Positions 29,972-38,641 are shown, counted from the first letter of the stretch. The stretch: DNA of 64,000 bases from an uncultured Oscillospiraceae bacterium (GCA_964465385.1 CAYXIM010000001.1:3443-67442); one strand, 5' to 3'. The notes: generated from the sequence alone by a model not told the origin. Program-made: numbers and translations.

Positions 29972-31300
29972 TCACTCCAAAAAGACTTCGAGTTCCCCCT
30001 GTGAGCGCAGCCGTTCCATGCCACGAATCAAGGCCCGGACCACATCAGGTGCAAACTGGGTTCCCGAATAGCGCTCCAGTTCATCGATGGCCTCTTCATA
30101 GGACATGGCCGCCCGGTAGGCGCGGTCAGACGTCATGGCATCAAAGGAATCTGCAACCTGAAGGATCTGCGCCTCCAGCTGTTTGCTTTCCTTGGCCGCA
30201 TCAGCCGGATAACCGCTCCCGTCATAGTGGATGTGGTGGGCCCGGATGATTTCGACTTCTTTTCTCAAAAACTGGATGCCCGACAGCATTTGCGCCCCAA
30301 TGACCGGGTGGCGTTCAATCTCCTTAAATTCTTCGTCGGTCAGCCGGTCCTGCTTGTTGAGGATGGTTTCCGGGATACCGATTTTACCAATATCATGCAG
30401 GAGCGAAGCGTACTTGAGCACCTTGGTCCGGTTGGCCGGAAGGTGCATTTCCTTGGCAATCAGCTCGCAGTATTTTTCAACCCGCCTGGCGTGGCCGATA
30501 GTGTAAGTGTCTTTGGCTTCAAGAGCGGCCGAAAAGGCCTTGATGGTGTCAATGTAGCTCTTCTGCACCGACATCATGCCCACATACGCATACCGGAAGA
30601 GCATGAACGGCGTGAAGAAGAGCAGCAGGGCCACAAAGCCCAGGGCCTGGTAGACGCCGGACAAAATGATGCCCAGGGCCCCAATGGGAATCATGCTCAG
30701 CAAAGACCACCTGAAGATTTGCAGCCATTCCTGAAAAACCGTGCGGTTGGCCGGTGAGGACAGGAAAAAATACACCATGATAAACAAGGTGTTGACCAGC
30801 ACATACACCACCAGGGCGGCCAGGATGGCTGGCAGGATCTGAACAATGAGCAAAAAGGTTTCTTCCAGGCCTTTGGGTGCCAGGATCTTGAAGTAACGGC
30901 CACCCAGGGCCTGGTAGACCAGCCCACAGGCCAGAATGGACAGGATGTAGTTGGAGGCGTTCATCAGGCTCTTGTGCAGGGGGGTGTTAAACAGGTGTTC
31001 TTTGTAGCCGCGGTCGTAATCCATGACCGAGAAAAAGGCCATGGAGAAGGCCACCCAGGCAGCCCCAACCAGGCCAAAAAGCAACAAGGCAATGACGCCG
31101 ATAGCAAAAGAAATGGAAATGGCCTTGTTTTCATCGATGGCCAGGCTTTGTGATTCGGCAATCACACCCAAAAGCGAAAAGAAAAGGACTTCCACAAACA
31201 TGGACTTGAGGCTTTGAAAATCGCGGACCGTTAAGAAAACGAGCGATCCCATGCCCAGCAGGATACAAAAGACCATGTAGCTTGCCACTGATTTGCGCAT
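29972..31300 (-). CDS. HD-GYP c-di-GMP phosphodiesterase with N-terminal ~7-TM sensor domain
   Basis: 442 aa. HD-GYP motifs: HARRVEKY, LLHDIGKIGIPETILNK, ERHPVIGAQML, HHIHYDGSGYP. The N-terminal 230 aa is strongly hydrophobic. Confidence 0.9.
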   Translation of the reverse strand: MRKSVASYMVFCILLGMGSLVFLTVRDFQSLKSMFVEVLFFSLLGVIAESQSLAIDENKAISISFAIGVIALLLFGLVGAAWVAFSMAFFSVMDYDRGYKEHLFNTPLHKSLMNASNYILSILACGLVYQALGGRYFKILAPKGLEETFLLIVQILPAILAALVVYVLVNTLFIMVYFFLSSPANRTVFQEWLQIFRWSLLSMIPIGALGIILSGVYQALGFVALLLFFTPFMLFRYAYVGMMSVQKSYIDTIKAFSAALEAKDTYTIGHARRVEKYCELIAKEMHLPANRTKVLKYASLLHDIGKIGIPETILNKQDRLTDEEFKEIERHPVIGAQMLSGIQFLRKEVEIIRAHHIHYDGSGYPADAAKESKQLEAQILQVADSFDAMTSDRAYRAAMSYEEAIDELERYSGTQFAPDVVRALIRGMERLRSQGELEVFLE

Positions 31301-31342
31301 ATCCTGCTCCAGTCCAACACAGCTGTCCCTGAAAATCTATAA

Positions 31343-31361
31343 AATAAAATGACAGACCGGT
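31343..31361. repeat. left arm of a perfect 19-bp inverted repeat
   Basis: AATAAAATGACAGACCGGT. The exact reverse complement occurs at 31559-31577. Coordinates were checked against ORF-track anchors at 31337, 31379, 31388 and 31579. Confidence 0.95.
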
Positions 31362-31407
31362 CTTTTGCTTCTTCTCCATCCGTTTGATTGGGGAAGAAGC
31401 AAGTGGG

Positions 31408-31494
31408 TCAAATAATTCTCCAGTTTGCGCCGGTCGCTAAGACCATTGCCAGCAATGATGCCAGAATACCCAAAACGCGTTTGAATTTCAGCAT
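31408..31494 (-). CDS. candidate 28-aa hydrophobic peptide (pheromone-precursor-like or small membrane toxin-like)
   Basis: Too short for the ORF track. AGGAGG (31504-31509) lies 9 nt before ATG 31494. Translation: MLKFKRVLGILASLLAMVLATGANWRII*. It is co-oriented with the flanking genes and enclosed by the 19-bp inverted repeats. Confidence 0.45.
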   Translation of the reverse strand: MLKFKRVLGILASLLAMVLATGANWRII

Positions 31495-31558
31495 GTTGAA
31501 CAACCTCCTGTTGGGACTCTACCCTTCCGCTATTCAAGTAGGTTGTTCCGCTCCGCTC

Positions 31559-31577
31559 ACCGGTCTGTCATTTTATT
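31559..31577. repeat. right arm of the perfect 19-bp inverted repeat
   Basis: ACCGGTCTGTCATTTTATT, the reverse complement of 31343-31361. The arms are separated by 197 bp. Confidence 0.95.
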
Positions 31578-31607
31578 GATGTGTTGATGCTGCCCGCTTT
31601 TAAAGCT

Positions 31608-32264
31608 TCACCGCTTGCCCCGTGGCCTGCCCATGAAACGGTTCAAAGCTGACAACACAGCCATCACGGCCGATTGAACCTCCGTGTCCGGCCGTTTAAT
31701 GCCCGCTATCCCAAACAGGACAGTCTCCTGAAAGGGTTCTGTAAACAGCAGGCTTAAGATGAAACAATCTTCGCCGCCCAGCCGCTGGCGCTGCATGTCC
31801 AGCAGGCTGATGCCGTAAGAGGGCCCTAGATAGAGGCGAACCGCCTCCAGGCAAGCTTCAACAGCCGCATACAGGCGGTTCTTGCTGGCCAGGGCACTTT
31901 TGCCGCTTCCTTCGAACTGTTCCTGACCCCGGGTCAGGGTCACTGTCGTTTCGACGGCGTAGCTGTCCAGGCTGACCGTGATTCTCTTGATTTGGAGCCG
32001 GTCCTCCTGTTCGTCGGGCACCATCAGCTCGCTGTTGACCTGGGCAACGCTGATCAGCTTGTAGTCGAGATCCAGGCCATGGGCAGACATCAGGGCCGAT
32101 TGCACGTCACGAACCAGCTGCTTGGGTGATTTTGTCAGATCACTGAGAACGTGTATTTCGGTGATATCTCCATGGTCATCCACGACAGTCTTTGCGGCAA
32201 GAACGCCGCTTAGGCGAGCAATCAGGGAATCCAGTTCTGTGCTGAGATCAACTTTTTCCATCAT
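31608..32264 (-). CDS. hypothetical cytoplasmic protein, two-domain, no family recognised
   Basis: ORF 31608..32285. I prefer ATG 32264, with GGAGG 10 nt upstream. Sequence: MMEKVDLSTELDSLIARLSGVLAAKTVVDDHGDITEIHVLSDL... No TM segment and no known motif. Confidence 0.65.
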   Translation of the reverse strand: MMEKVDLSTELDSLIARLSGVLAAKTVVDDHGDITEIHVLSDLTKSPKQLVRDVQSALMSAHGLDLDYKLISVAQVNSELMVPDEQEDRLQIKRITVSLDSYAVETTVTLTRGQEQFEGSGKSALASKNRLYAAVEACLEAVRLYLGPSYGISLLDMQRQRLGGEDCFILSLLFTEPFQETVLFGIAGIKRPDTEVQSAVMAVLSALNRFMGRPRGKR

Positions 32265-32340
32265 CCGAATCTGACCTCCAATCAAGCCGGTTCCTCATGT
32301 GTTTCAAGGGCATCTGCCCTGAAATGCATACTTAGCTACT

Positions 32341-32349
32341 ATTCTAACA
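32341..32349 (-). promoter_or_regulatory. extended -10 promoter for the 225-aa gene
   Basis: Minus strand reads TGTTAGAAT (TGn + TAGAAT), about 75 nt upstream of ATG 32264. Confidence 0.45.
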
Positions 32350-32398
32350 TATTCATTCAAAACAATGCGTTTCAATTCCTTTACGGTTTTTTGATTGT

Positions 32399-33691
32399 TT
32401 AGCGCAGGGCGAGCAGGGCCCACAGGTTGTCACAAGCCCAGAGGATCACCGTGTCATCGGCCTCTTGGCGAAAGAGGCCATGGCGCACATCGCTGGTCGG
32501 GCTGGTGGCCTGGTGCCAGAGCAGGCGATCCAGGGCGATCCTGTATAAAGATTCATCCCCGATGATGCGGGCGATCCGTGCGGTCATGGCATAAGCTGGC
32601 AGGCTTTCCTGGTTATTGGTTGGCGTGCCCTGGCTGGGGTGGTAAGCCACATAAAGAGCTGACTGGTTGAGCAGCTGCTTGCGCAGCCAATTGATGCTCT
32701 GATCCGGCCTTTGGCCGTTTTCACACAAATGCAGCACCGTCAGGACGGCCTCTGCTGTGTCCAGTTCCGGCTTGCTTTTGAAAGGCAGGTAGGCCGCCTG
32801 GTCCGGCTGCCAGGCCCAGGCGTAAAGGGGCAGCTGTGAGCCCAGAAAACCGTCCTCGACCAAATCCAGAAAAACCTGATGCCAGCTGGCCCAAGCCGTG
32901 TCCACCTGAATCAGGAGCTGGACGGCATAAAGATCCAAAGAAGCCAGGCGGATGGCCGGCAGTGGCCGACCGTCATCAGGCTCGGGTATCAAGCTGGGCT
33001 TGGGTGTCGGTGTGGCACCGGGGTCCAAAACAGGGGCAAGCGTTGGCACCAGGGCATGTGCGTCCACCAGGGGTTGCTGGTCAAGGGCCTGCAAGAGGCG
33101 GTCCGACAAGTCCTGCAAGGCCCGGCTGCGGTTTTCATCCGGCCAAAGGGCCATGCTTTGCACCAGCAGGCGGGCCGTTGTCAGGTTGGTGCGCAGCCAA
33201 TCTTCTGCCTGCAGGCCGCTCTTGTCCGGGTCATCCAGACGGCTGGCGAACGAACCATCCGCCTGTAAAAAGCCAGCTTCATAGGCCTGCCACCAGGCCA
33301 CAAAAGCCTTGTGCTGGCCCTGCTCAAGCCAATAGGCGCCCAAGAGCAGTTGGTCGGATGCCTCAGGGCTTGTGGCCCGCTGGGCCGGCGGTCGCCCGGT
33401 CCGGCCGGCCTGCTGGTACCAGGGGACCAGAAAGGGTCCCTCAAGCAGGAGCCGGGAGGTGGTTTCATACAGGCTGTTGGCCGTTTCCTCTGCCTGGGCC
33501 AGGGCTGGCTGCCCGGATGAAGCACCCGGAAAGGCTGCCTGGTAAGACACAGCCGGTTCAGCGGTCAACAGACCCACCAGGCGGTCACCAAAAAGCAAAA
33601 GACCGGCAGCCAACAATAACAGGAAAGCGGCCAGCCCTGCCAGCCAGCGTTTTCGCCTTCGTTTTTGTCCCCTTGAATGCCGTTCACGCAT
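32399..33691 (-). CDS. hypothetical N-terminally anchored extracytoplasmic protein (possibly an alpha/alpha-toroid glycosidase-like fold)
   Basis: ORF 32399..33703 (GTG). ATG 33691 has AGGTGAGG 6 nt upstream. It has a basic N-terminus and one TM (WLAGLAAFLLLLAAGLLLF), then ~390 aa rich in W/L/A helices. The fold suggestion is only an impression. Confidence 0.7.
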   Translation of the reverse strand: MRERHSRGQKRRRKRWLAGLAAFLLLLAAGLLLFGDRLVGLLTAEPAVSYQAAFPGASSGQPALAQAEETANSLYETTSRLLLEGPFLVPWYQQAGRTGRPPAQRATSPEASDQLLLGAYWLEQGQHKAFVAWWQAYEAGFLQADGSFASRLDDPDKSGLQAEDWLRTNLTTARLLVQSMALWPDENRSRALQDLSDRLLQALDQQPLVDAHALVPTLAPVLDPGATPTPKPSLIPEPDDGRPLPAIRLASLDLYAVQLLIQVDTAWASWHQVFLDLVEDGFLGSQLPLYAWAWQPDQAAYLPFKSKPELDTAEAVLTVLHLCENGQRPDQSINWLRKQLLNQSALYVAYHPSQGTPTNNQESLPAYAMTARIARIIGDESLYRIALDRLLWHQATSPTSDVRHGLFRQEADDTVILWACDNLWALLALR

Positions 33692-33780
33692 GGCCATCCT
33701 CACCTGTTTTCGGCTTGCCGCATGCCTTCATCATAGCAGATCAAGGCGTCGCGTCAATCCGCCTGCAGGCAGGGGTCCTG

Positions 33781-33789
33781 TGCTATAAT
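33781..33789 (+). promoter_or_regulatory. extended -10 promoter (TGCTATAAT) placed for a leaderless tmcAL transcript
   Basis: TGCTATAAT ends 6 nt before the A of ATG 33796. There is no SD in between. Confidence 0.5.
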
Positions 33790-33795
33790 CCTAGC

Positions 33796-35079
33796 ATGAA
33801 CGTCATTGCCATCATCGCTGAATACAACCCGTTTCACCATGGTCACGCCTACCAGATCCAGGCCGCACGCCAGGAAGCCGGTTCCAACAGTGCGGTCCTG
33901 GCCATCTTGTCTGGCCCGTTCACACAACGGGGTGAACCAGCCCTTTTGGACAAGTGGACCCGCAGCCGCATGGCATTAGCGGGCGGGGTCGATCTGGTGC
34001 TTGAACTGCCCTTTGCTTACGCCTGTGCCAGCGCCGAGCGCTTTGCCAGCGGTGCCGTCAGCTTGTTGGAGGCCAGCGGGCTCAGGAGCACCCTGGTTTT
34101 TGGCAGCGAATCAGGCCGGCTCCAGGACCTGGACCAGCTGGCTGCCTGGTTGAAACCGGAAAGCCCGGCCTACCGTGAGCAGCTCAAGGCGGGCCTGGCC
34201 CTGGGCCTTTCTTTTCCACAGGCCCGTATGCAGGCCTTGAAAGCCCTGACCGCCGGTGATCCACGGGTGGAGCTGCTGCTGGCACCCAACAACATCCTGG
34301 CGGTTGAATACCTCAAGGCCATCCGTGGTTTGGCCAGCGGCCGCATCCAGGCCAAAACCATCACGCGCCTGGGCCAGGGTTACCATGACAGCCATCTGCC
34401 AGACACTGCTGCATATGCAAGCGCCCAGGCCATCCGCCAGGTGGTCCAGGACACCCGATCCGGACAAGGGGGCCTGACGGTCAGCAGCCTGGTCGACGCC
34501 CTGATCAACCGGATGCCGCTTGAAGCACTGGCTGATTTGATGGCTTGCTACCAGGCCGGGCCGGGTCCGGTCTTCCCCGATGACCTCAGCCTGCCCCTGC
34601 TGGCCGCTTTGCGCGCCCGTTCCGTGCCGGATCTGGCCACCGTTCCCGGTATGCACGAGGGCCTGGCCCAAAGGCTTCACCGGGCCGCCAAATGGGCCCC
34701 CGGCAAAGCATCATCCCCCTGGGCTTTTCTGGTCCAGCAAGCCAAGACCAGGCGGTTCACCCAGACGCGCATCCAGCGTGCCTTGGTGTCCTTGCTTGCC
34801 GGCCTGACCCGGGAGGACCTGCAGCTTTTCGACCAGGCCGGCGGCCCTGGCTACCTGCGGGTGCTGGGTTTCAACAAACGGGGCCGTTACCTTTTGAAAG
34901 TGATGCGCCGGACCGCCAGCCTGCCGGTTGTCACCCGGGCTTCTGATTTTTCACGTTTGAGGGCACAAACTGCCATCAGCCGCCTGTCTGAGCTGGATAT
35001 CCTTGCCAACGACCTGTGGCACCAGGCGGCAGGCCTGGGCTGTGGATCTGACTTTGACAGACCCGTCATCCTGATATAA
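33796..35079 (+). CDS. tmcAL: tRNA(Met) cytidine acetate ligase (YlbM/UPF0348 nucleotidyltransferase)
   Basis: In-frame ATG of the artefactually long ORF 32836..35079. MNVIAIIAEYNPFHHGHAYQI matches the family N-terminus (EYNPFHNGH). Confidence 0.85.
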   Translation: MNVIAIIAEYNPFHHGHAYQIQAARQEAGSNSAVLAILSGPFTQRGEPALLDKWTRSRMALAGGVDLVLELPFAYACASAERFASGAVSLLEASGLRSTLVFGSESGRLQDLDQLAAWLKPESPAYREQLKAGLALGLSFPQARMQALKALTAGDPRVELLLAPNNILAVEYLKAIRGLASGRIQAKTITRLGQGYHDSHLPDTAAYASAQAIRQVVQDTRSGQGGLTVSSLVDALINRMPLEALADLMACYQAGPGPVFPDDLSLPLLAALRARSVPDLATVPGMHEGLAQRLHRAAKWAPGKASSPWAFLVQQAKTRRFTQTRIQRALVSLLAGLTREDLQLFDQAGGPGYLRVLGFNKRGRYLLKVMRRTASLPVVTRASDFSRLRAQTAISRLSELDILANDLWHQAAGLGCGSDFDRPVILI

Positions 35080-35113
35080 ACTTATAAGGATTGAATGCAA
35101 AGGATGACACACC

Positions 35114-36364
35114 ATGGCCAAAAACGTATTTGACACCCTGAAAGAACGGGGGTATATCGCACAAGTCACCCATGAAGCGGATGTCCGTGCCTTGCTGGCA
35201 CAGCCGGGGGCAACCTTTTATATTGGCTTTGACCCGACGGCAGACAGCCTGCATGTGGGTCATTTTGTGCAGATGATGGTCATGGCCCACCTGCAGCGTG
35301 CCGGGCACCGGCCCATCGCCCTTTTGGGGGGCGGAACCGGCATGGTCGGAGACCCGTCCGGCCGAAGCGACTTGCGTCAGGTGTTAACCGAGGAAACCAT
35401 CAGCGAGAATGTCAGCCGCTTTCGAACCCAGATGAGGATCCTGCTCGATTTCGACCAGGGCAAAGCCCTCATGCTGGATAATGCCCAGTGGCTTTTACCC
35501 CTCAACTACATCGCTTTTCTCCGGGAGATCGGCAGCCAGTTTTCAGTCAACCGCATGTTGACCGCTGAATGTTTTCGCCAGCGGCTTGAAAAGGGCCTGT
35601 CTTTTCTCGAATTCAACTACATGCTCATGCAGGCCTATGATTTTCTGGTTCTCTACCGTGAACACGGTTGCCGGCTGCAGCTGGGTGGGGACGACCAGTG
35701 GTCCAACATCCTGGCCGGCGTCGACCTGATCCGCCGCAAAGAACAGGCCAGCGCCTACGGCATGACCTTCAAGCTGTTGACAACCCAGTCTGGCACCAAA
35801 ATGGGCAAAACCACTGGCGGCGCCCTCTGGCTGGATCCCGAGAAGACCAGCCCCTTCGACTTCTACCAGTACTGGCGCAACATCGATGACGCAGATGTGG
35901 TTAATTGCCTCAAGCTGTTGACTTTTGTGCCGCTGGCAGACATTGACGCGTACGCGGCCTTGGCCGGCGAGCAGGTCAATGAAGCCAAAAAACGTCTGGC
36001 CTATGAAGTGACCAGCATCGTCCATGGTGCCGATGCGGCAGAAACCGCCTGCCGCCAGGCCAGGGCCCTCTTCGAAGGAGCCGGTCGCTCGGACGACATG
36101 CCCACCAGCCCCCTCAAGGTCTCTCAGGTGGATCAGGGGCTGCCCCTGCTGGATGTGCTCTTGCAGGTTGGCCTGATTCCCTCCAAAGGCGAAGGCCGGC
36201 GACTGATCTCACAAAACGGCTTGTCCATTAACGGCAAGCGGGTCACGGACATCCACCACGTTCTGGGCCACACGGATTTTGAAAACGATGAAGCGATCAT
36301 CCGCAAGGGTAAAAAAACCTTCCACCGACTGATCGTCACGCACGAGGACGCCCAACAGACATGA
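35114..36364 (+). CDS. tyrS: tyrosine--tRNA ligase
   Basis: 416 aa. HIGH-type motif (SLHVGH), KMSKS-type motif (KMGKT) and a C-terminal S4 domain. Confidence 0.96.
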   Translation: MAKNVFDTLKERGYIAQVTHEADVRALLAQPGATFYIGFDPTADSLHVGHFVQMMVMAHLQRAGHRPIALLGGGTGMVGDPSGRSDLRQVLTEETISENVSRFRTQMRILLDFDQGKALMLDNAQWLLPLNYIAFLREIGSQFSVNRMLTAECFRQRLEKGLSFLEFNYMLMQAYDFLVLYREHGCRLQLGGDDQWSNILAGVDLIRRKEQASAYGMTFKLLTTQSGTKMGKTTGGALWLDPEKTSPFDFYQYWRNIDDADVVNCLKLLTFVPLADIDAYAALAGEQVNEAKKRLAYEVTSIVHGADAAETACRQARALFEGAGRSDDMPTSPLKVSQVDQGLPLLDVLLQVGLIPSKGEGRRLISQNGLSINGKRVTDIHHVLGHTDFENDEAIIRKGKKTFHRLIVTHEDAQQT

Positions 36365-36376
36365 GCGCACGAAAAA

Positions 36377-36398
36377 AGAGTACCCCCGGGGGTACTCT
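36377..36398. terminator. bidirectional terminator between tyrS and rpsT
   Basis: AGAGTACCCCC/GGGGGTACTCT perfect palindrome, flanked by an A-run upstream and CTCTTTC downstream. Confidence 0.65.
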
Positions 36399-36423
36399 CC
36401 TCTTTCAGCAAGGCAAGCAGGCC

Positions 36424-36693
36424 TTATGGTTTGTCTGTCGCGCTTTGGGCCAGCCGAGCCAGACGGCTCATTTTTCGAGCGGCGTTGTTGCGATGCAACA
36501 GGCCCTTGGCAACCGCCTGGTCCAGCATCCTTTGTGTCTGACGCATCAGGTCCTGCGCCCCTTCTTCGGAATGGATCAGCGCGGCCTGCGTTTTTTTGAG
36601 CAGGGTGCGAAGTTTGCTTTTCTGCATTTTGTTGACAGCCGTTTTGCGTGCAGTCGTCCGCGTGCGTTTGATCGCAGATCGAATATTCGGCAT
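36424..36693 (-). CDS. rpsT: 30S ribosomal protein S20
   Basis: ORF 36424..36711. I prefer ATG 36693, after GGGAGGTG. N-terminus: MPNIRSAIKRTRTTARKTAVNK. Confidence 0.93.
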   Translation of the reverse strand: MPNIRSAIKRTRTTARKTAVNKMQKSKLRTLLKKTQAALIHSEEGAQDLMRQTQRMLDQAVAKGLLHRNNAARKMSRLARLAQSATDKP

Positions 36694-36741
36694 GAGTTCA
36701 CCTCCCTGCATTAGAATACCTTCGGTTTTTAATCCTGCTGT

Positions 36742-36750
36742 ATTCTATCA
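36742..36750 (-). promoter_or_regulatory. extended -10 promoter of rpsT
   Basis: Minus strand reads TGATAGAAT, about 50 nt upstream of ATG 36693. Confidence 0.5.
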
Positions 36751-36802
36751 CGGAAAAACAGGTGTGGCAAGCAAAAGCACCGGTGCGTGCTCCCTGCCCA
36801 CA

Positions 36803-36811
36803 TGATAAGAT
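36803..36811 (+). promoter_or_regulatory. extended -10 promoter of rnj
   Basis: TGATAAGAT, 37 nt upstream of ATG 36848. Confidence 0.5.
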
Positions 36812-36847
36812 CAAGAAGACCAAACCATACATATTAGGAGTTTTAAA

Positions 36848-38584
36848 ATGAGTGAAACAAAAAAACCAACCGCGACGCGCCGTAAAACACAACGGCGGCC
36901 GGCGCGCAAAACACAAAGCAAAAAGAAACAACCGGTTTTACGGATGATACCGCTGGGCGGCATGCGCGAAATCGGCAAGAACATGACGGTTTATGAGTGT
37001 GAAGACGAACTGATCATCGTTGATTGTGGCATCGCCTTCCCAGATGACCGGATGCCGGGCATTGACGTGGTCATCCCGGATTTCTCCTACCTGAAAGACA
37101 GCAAAAAGAAAATCAAGGGGATCTTCCTGACCCACGGTCACGAAGACCACATCGGCGCCATCCCCTGGCTGTGTAATGAAATCAAGGCGCCTGTTTATGG
37201 CAACCAACTGACCATTGAGCTGGTCCGCCAGAAAATAGAAGACCGTAAAACCGGTGCCACTGACGAGCAGCTGCACAGCGTGCAAGATGGTGACGTCATC
37301 ACGGCCGGTTCTTTTTCGGTCGAGTTCATCCGTGTCAACCACAGCATCGCGGATGCCAATGCCCTGGTCATCCGGACACCCGCCGGCATTGTCTTTCATT
37401 CGGGAGACTTTAAAATTGACTACACGCCGGTGAACGGGCAGCCCATGGATCTGGCCCGCATCGCCGCTGTCGGCAAGGAAAACGTCCTCTTGCTGGTCAG
37501 TGAAAGCACCAACGTCGAGCGCCCCGGCGCCTCGCCTTCTGAAAGCAAGGTCGGCGAAACCTTCGCAGATTTATTTGCCAAGGCCCAGGGGCGGATTTTC
37601 GTCACCACCTTTTCGTCCAACGTCTACCGCATCCAGCAGATCTTCACGGCAGCCGAACAACACGGCCGCAAGGTGGCCCTGATCGGACGCAGCATGCAAA
37701 ACTACTTCAAAGCCGCCTATGGGCTTGGCCACATGACCTTGAAGCCCAACACCCTGATCGATCTCAACCAGGTCGACCAGGTGCCGCCCGAAGAGCTGGT
37801 TTTGATCACGACCGGCAGCCAGGGTGAAGCCATGTCAGCCCTGACCCGGATGGCTTTTTCAGAACACCGGCAGATTGAAATCCATGAGGGTGACACCGTG
37901 ATCTTGTCTTCCAGCGCCATCCCCGGAAACGAGCGGTCTGTCAACCGTGTCATTGATGAACTCTACAAGCGCGGTGCGGATGTGGTATATGAGGCTCTGA
38001 CTGAGATCCATGTGTCCGGTCACGCCTATCAGGAAGAACTCAAGCTCTTGCACCACCTGATCAAGCCACGTTACTTCATCCCCGGACACGGTGAATACCG
38101 CCACCTCTACCGCCATGCCGAACTGGCCAACCAGTTGGGTATGCCCTGGGAGCAGATTTTCCTGCTCAACAACGGGGACATCTTTGAAGGCAACCAGGAA
38201 AAAGCGGCCATCAGCGGCTTTGTTGAGGCCGATGCCATTCTCATCGATGGTTCCAGCATGGGTGAGGCGGATAACCCCGTGCTGCGTGAGCGTCGCCTGC
38301 TTGGGGACGACGGCGTGGTGGCCATTTTTCTGGCTGTCAGCCGGCAGGACGGCCACCTCTATCAAGAACCGGACATCCAGGCCAGTGGTTTCATCTACGA
38401 GCGTGAAGCCGATGAGATCATCCAGGCCTGCCAGCGCAAAATTGCCCGCTACACCCGTGCCAAGCAAAAACGCACCCTCAAGGAGGCTGTCGACCGCGGC
38501 ATCCTGCGCCAGCAGCTGCAGTCGCTCCTCTTCGAAAAAACACGCCGGCGCCCGGTGATCCTCATTTCCATCGTTGAAATTTAA
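36848..38584 (+). CDS. rnj: ribonuclease J
   Basis: 578 aa. Metallo-beta-lactamase HGHEDHIG, beta-CASP and C-terminal domain. Basic N-terminal extension. Confidence 0.95.
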   Translation: MSETKKPTATRRKTQRRPARKTQSKKKQPVLRMIPLGGMREIGKNMTVYECEDELIIVDCGIAFPDDRMPGIDVVIPDFSYLKDSKKKIKGIFLTHGHEDHIGAIPWLCNEIKAPVYGNQLTIELVRQKIEDRKTGATDEQLHSVQDGDVITAGSFSVEFIRVNHSIADANALVIRTPAGIVFHSGDFKIDYTPVNGQPMDLARIAAVGKENVLLLVSESTNVERPGASPSESKVGETFADLFAKAQGRIFVTTFSSNVYRIQQIFTAAEQHGRKVALIGRSMQNYFKAAYGLGHMTLKPNTLIDLNQVDQVPPEELVLITTGSQGEAMSALTRMAFSEHRQIEIHEGDTVILSSSAIPGNERSVNRVIDELYKRGADVVYEALTEIHVSGHAYQEELKLLHHLIKPRYFIPGHGEYRHLYRHAELANQLGMPWEQIFLLNNGDIFEGNQEKAAISGFVEADAILIDGSSMGEADNPVLRERRLLGDDGVVAIFLAVSRQDGHLYQEPDIQASGFIYEREADEIIQACQRKIARYTRAKQKRTLKEAVDRGILRQQLQSLLFEKTRRRPVILISIVEI

Positions 38585-38586
38585 AA

Positions 38587-38619
38587 ACAGCCGCCCGGCA
38601 CCAAGTGCCGGGCGGCTGT
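38587..38619. terminator. bidirectional terminator between rnj and the corrinoid-protein gene
   Basis: ACAGCCGCCCGGCAC-caa-GTGCCGGGCGGCTGT (15-bp stem). The U-run is on the minus-strand side (TTTTTAA); the plus side has a weaker CTCTT. Confidence 0.75.
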
Positions 38620-38641
38620 CTCTTGAATCCGTATGCAAGGA

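Noticed and set aside
31337-31579. The 66-aa (minus) and 63-aa (plus) track ORFs inside the IR cassette.
   Set aside because: Both start at TTG without any SD, run across the inverted repeats, and have no protein-like features. The 28-codon ORF with AGGAGG at ideal spacing is the only well-initiated frame there.
32836-33795. The first 320 codons of the 747-aa plus-strand ORF 32836..35079.
   Set aside because: This stretch is antisense to the better-supported 430-aa minus-strand gene. It is Pro/Arg/Gly/Ala-rich and low in complexity, as expected from a GC-rich antisense frame, and it has no SD. The recognisable TmcAL sequence begins exactly at ATG 33796, right after a TGCTATAAT box.
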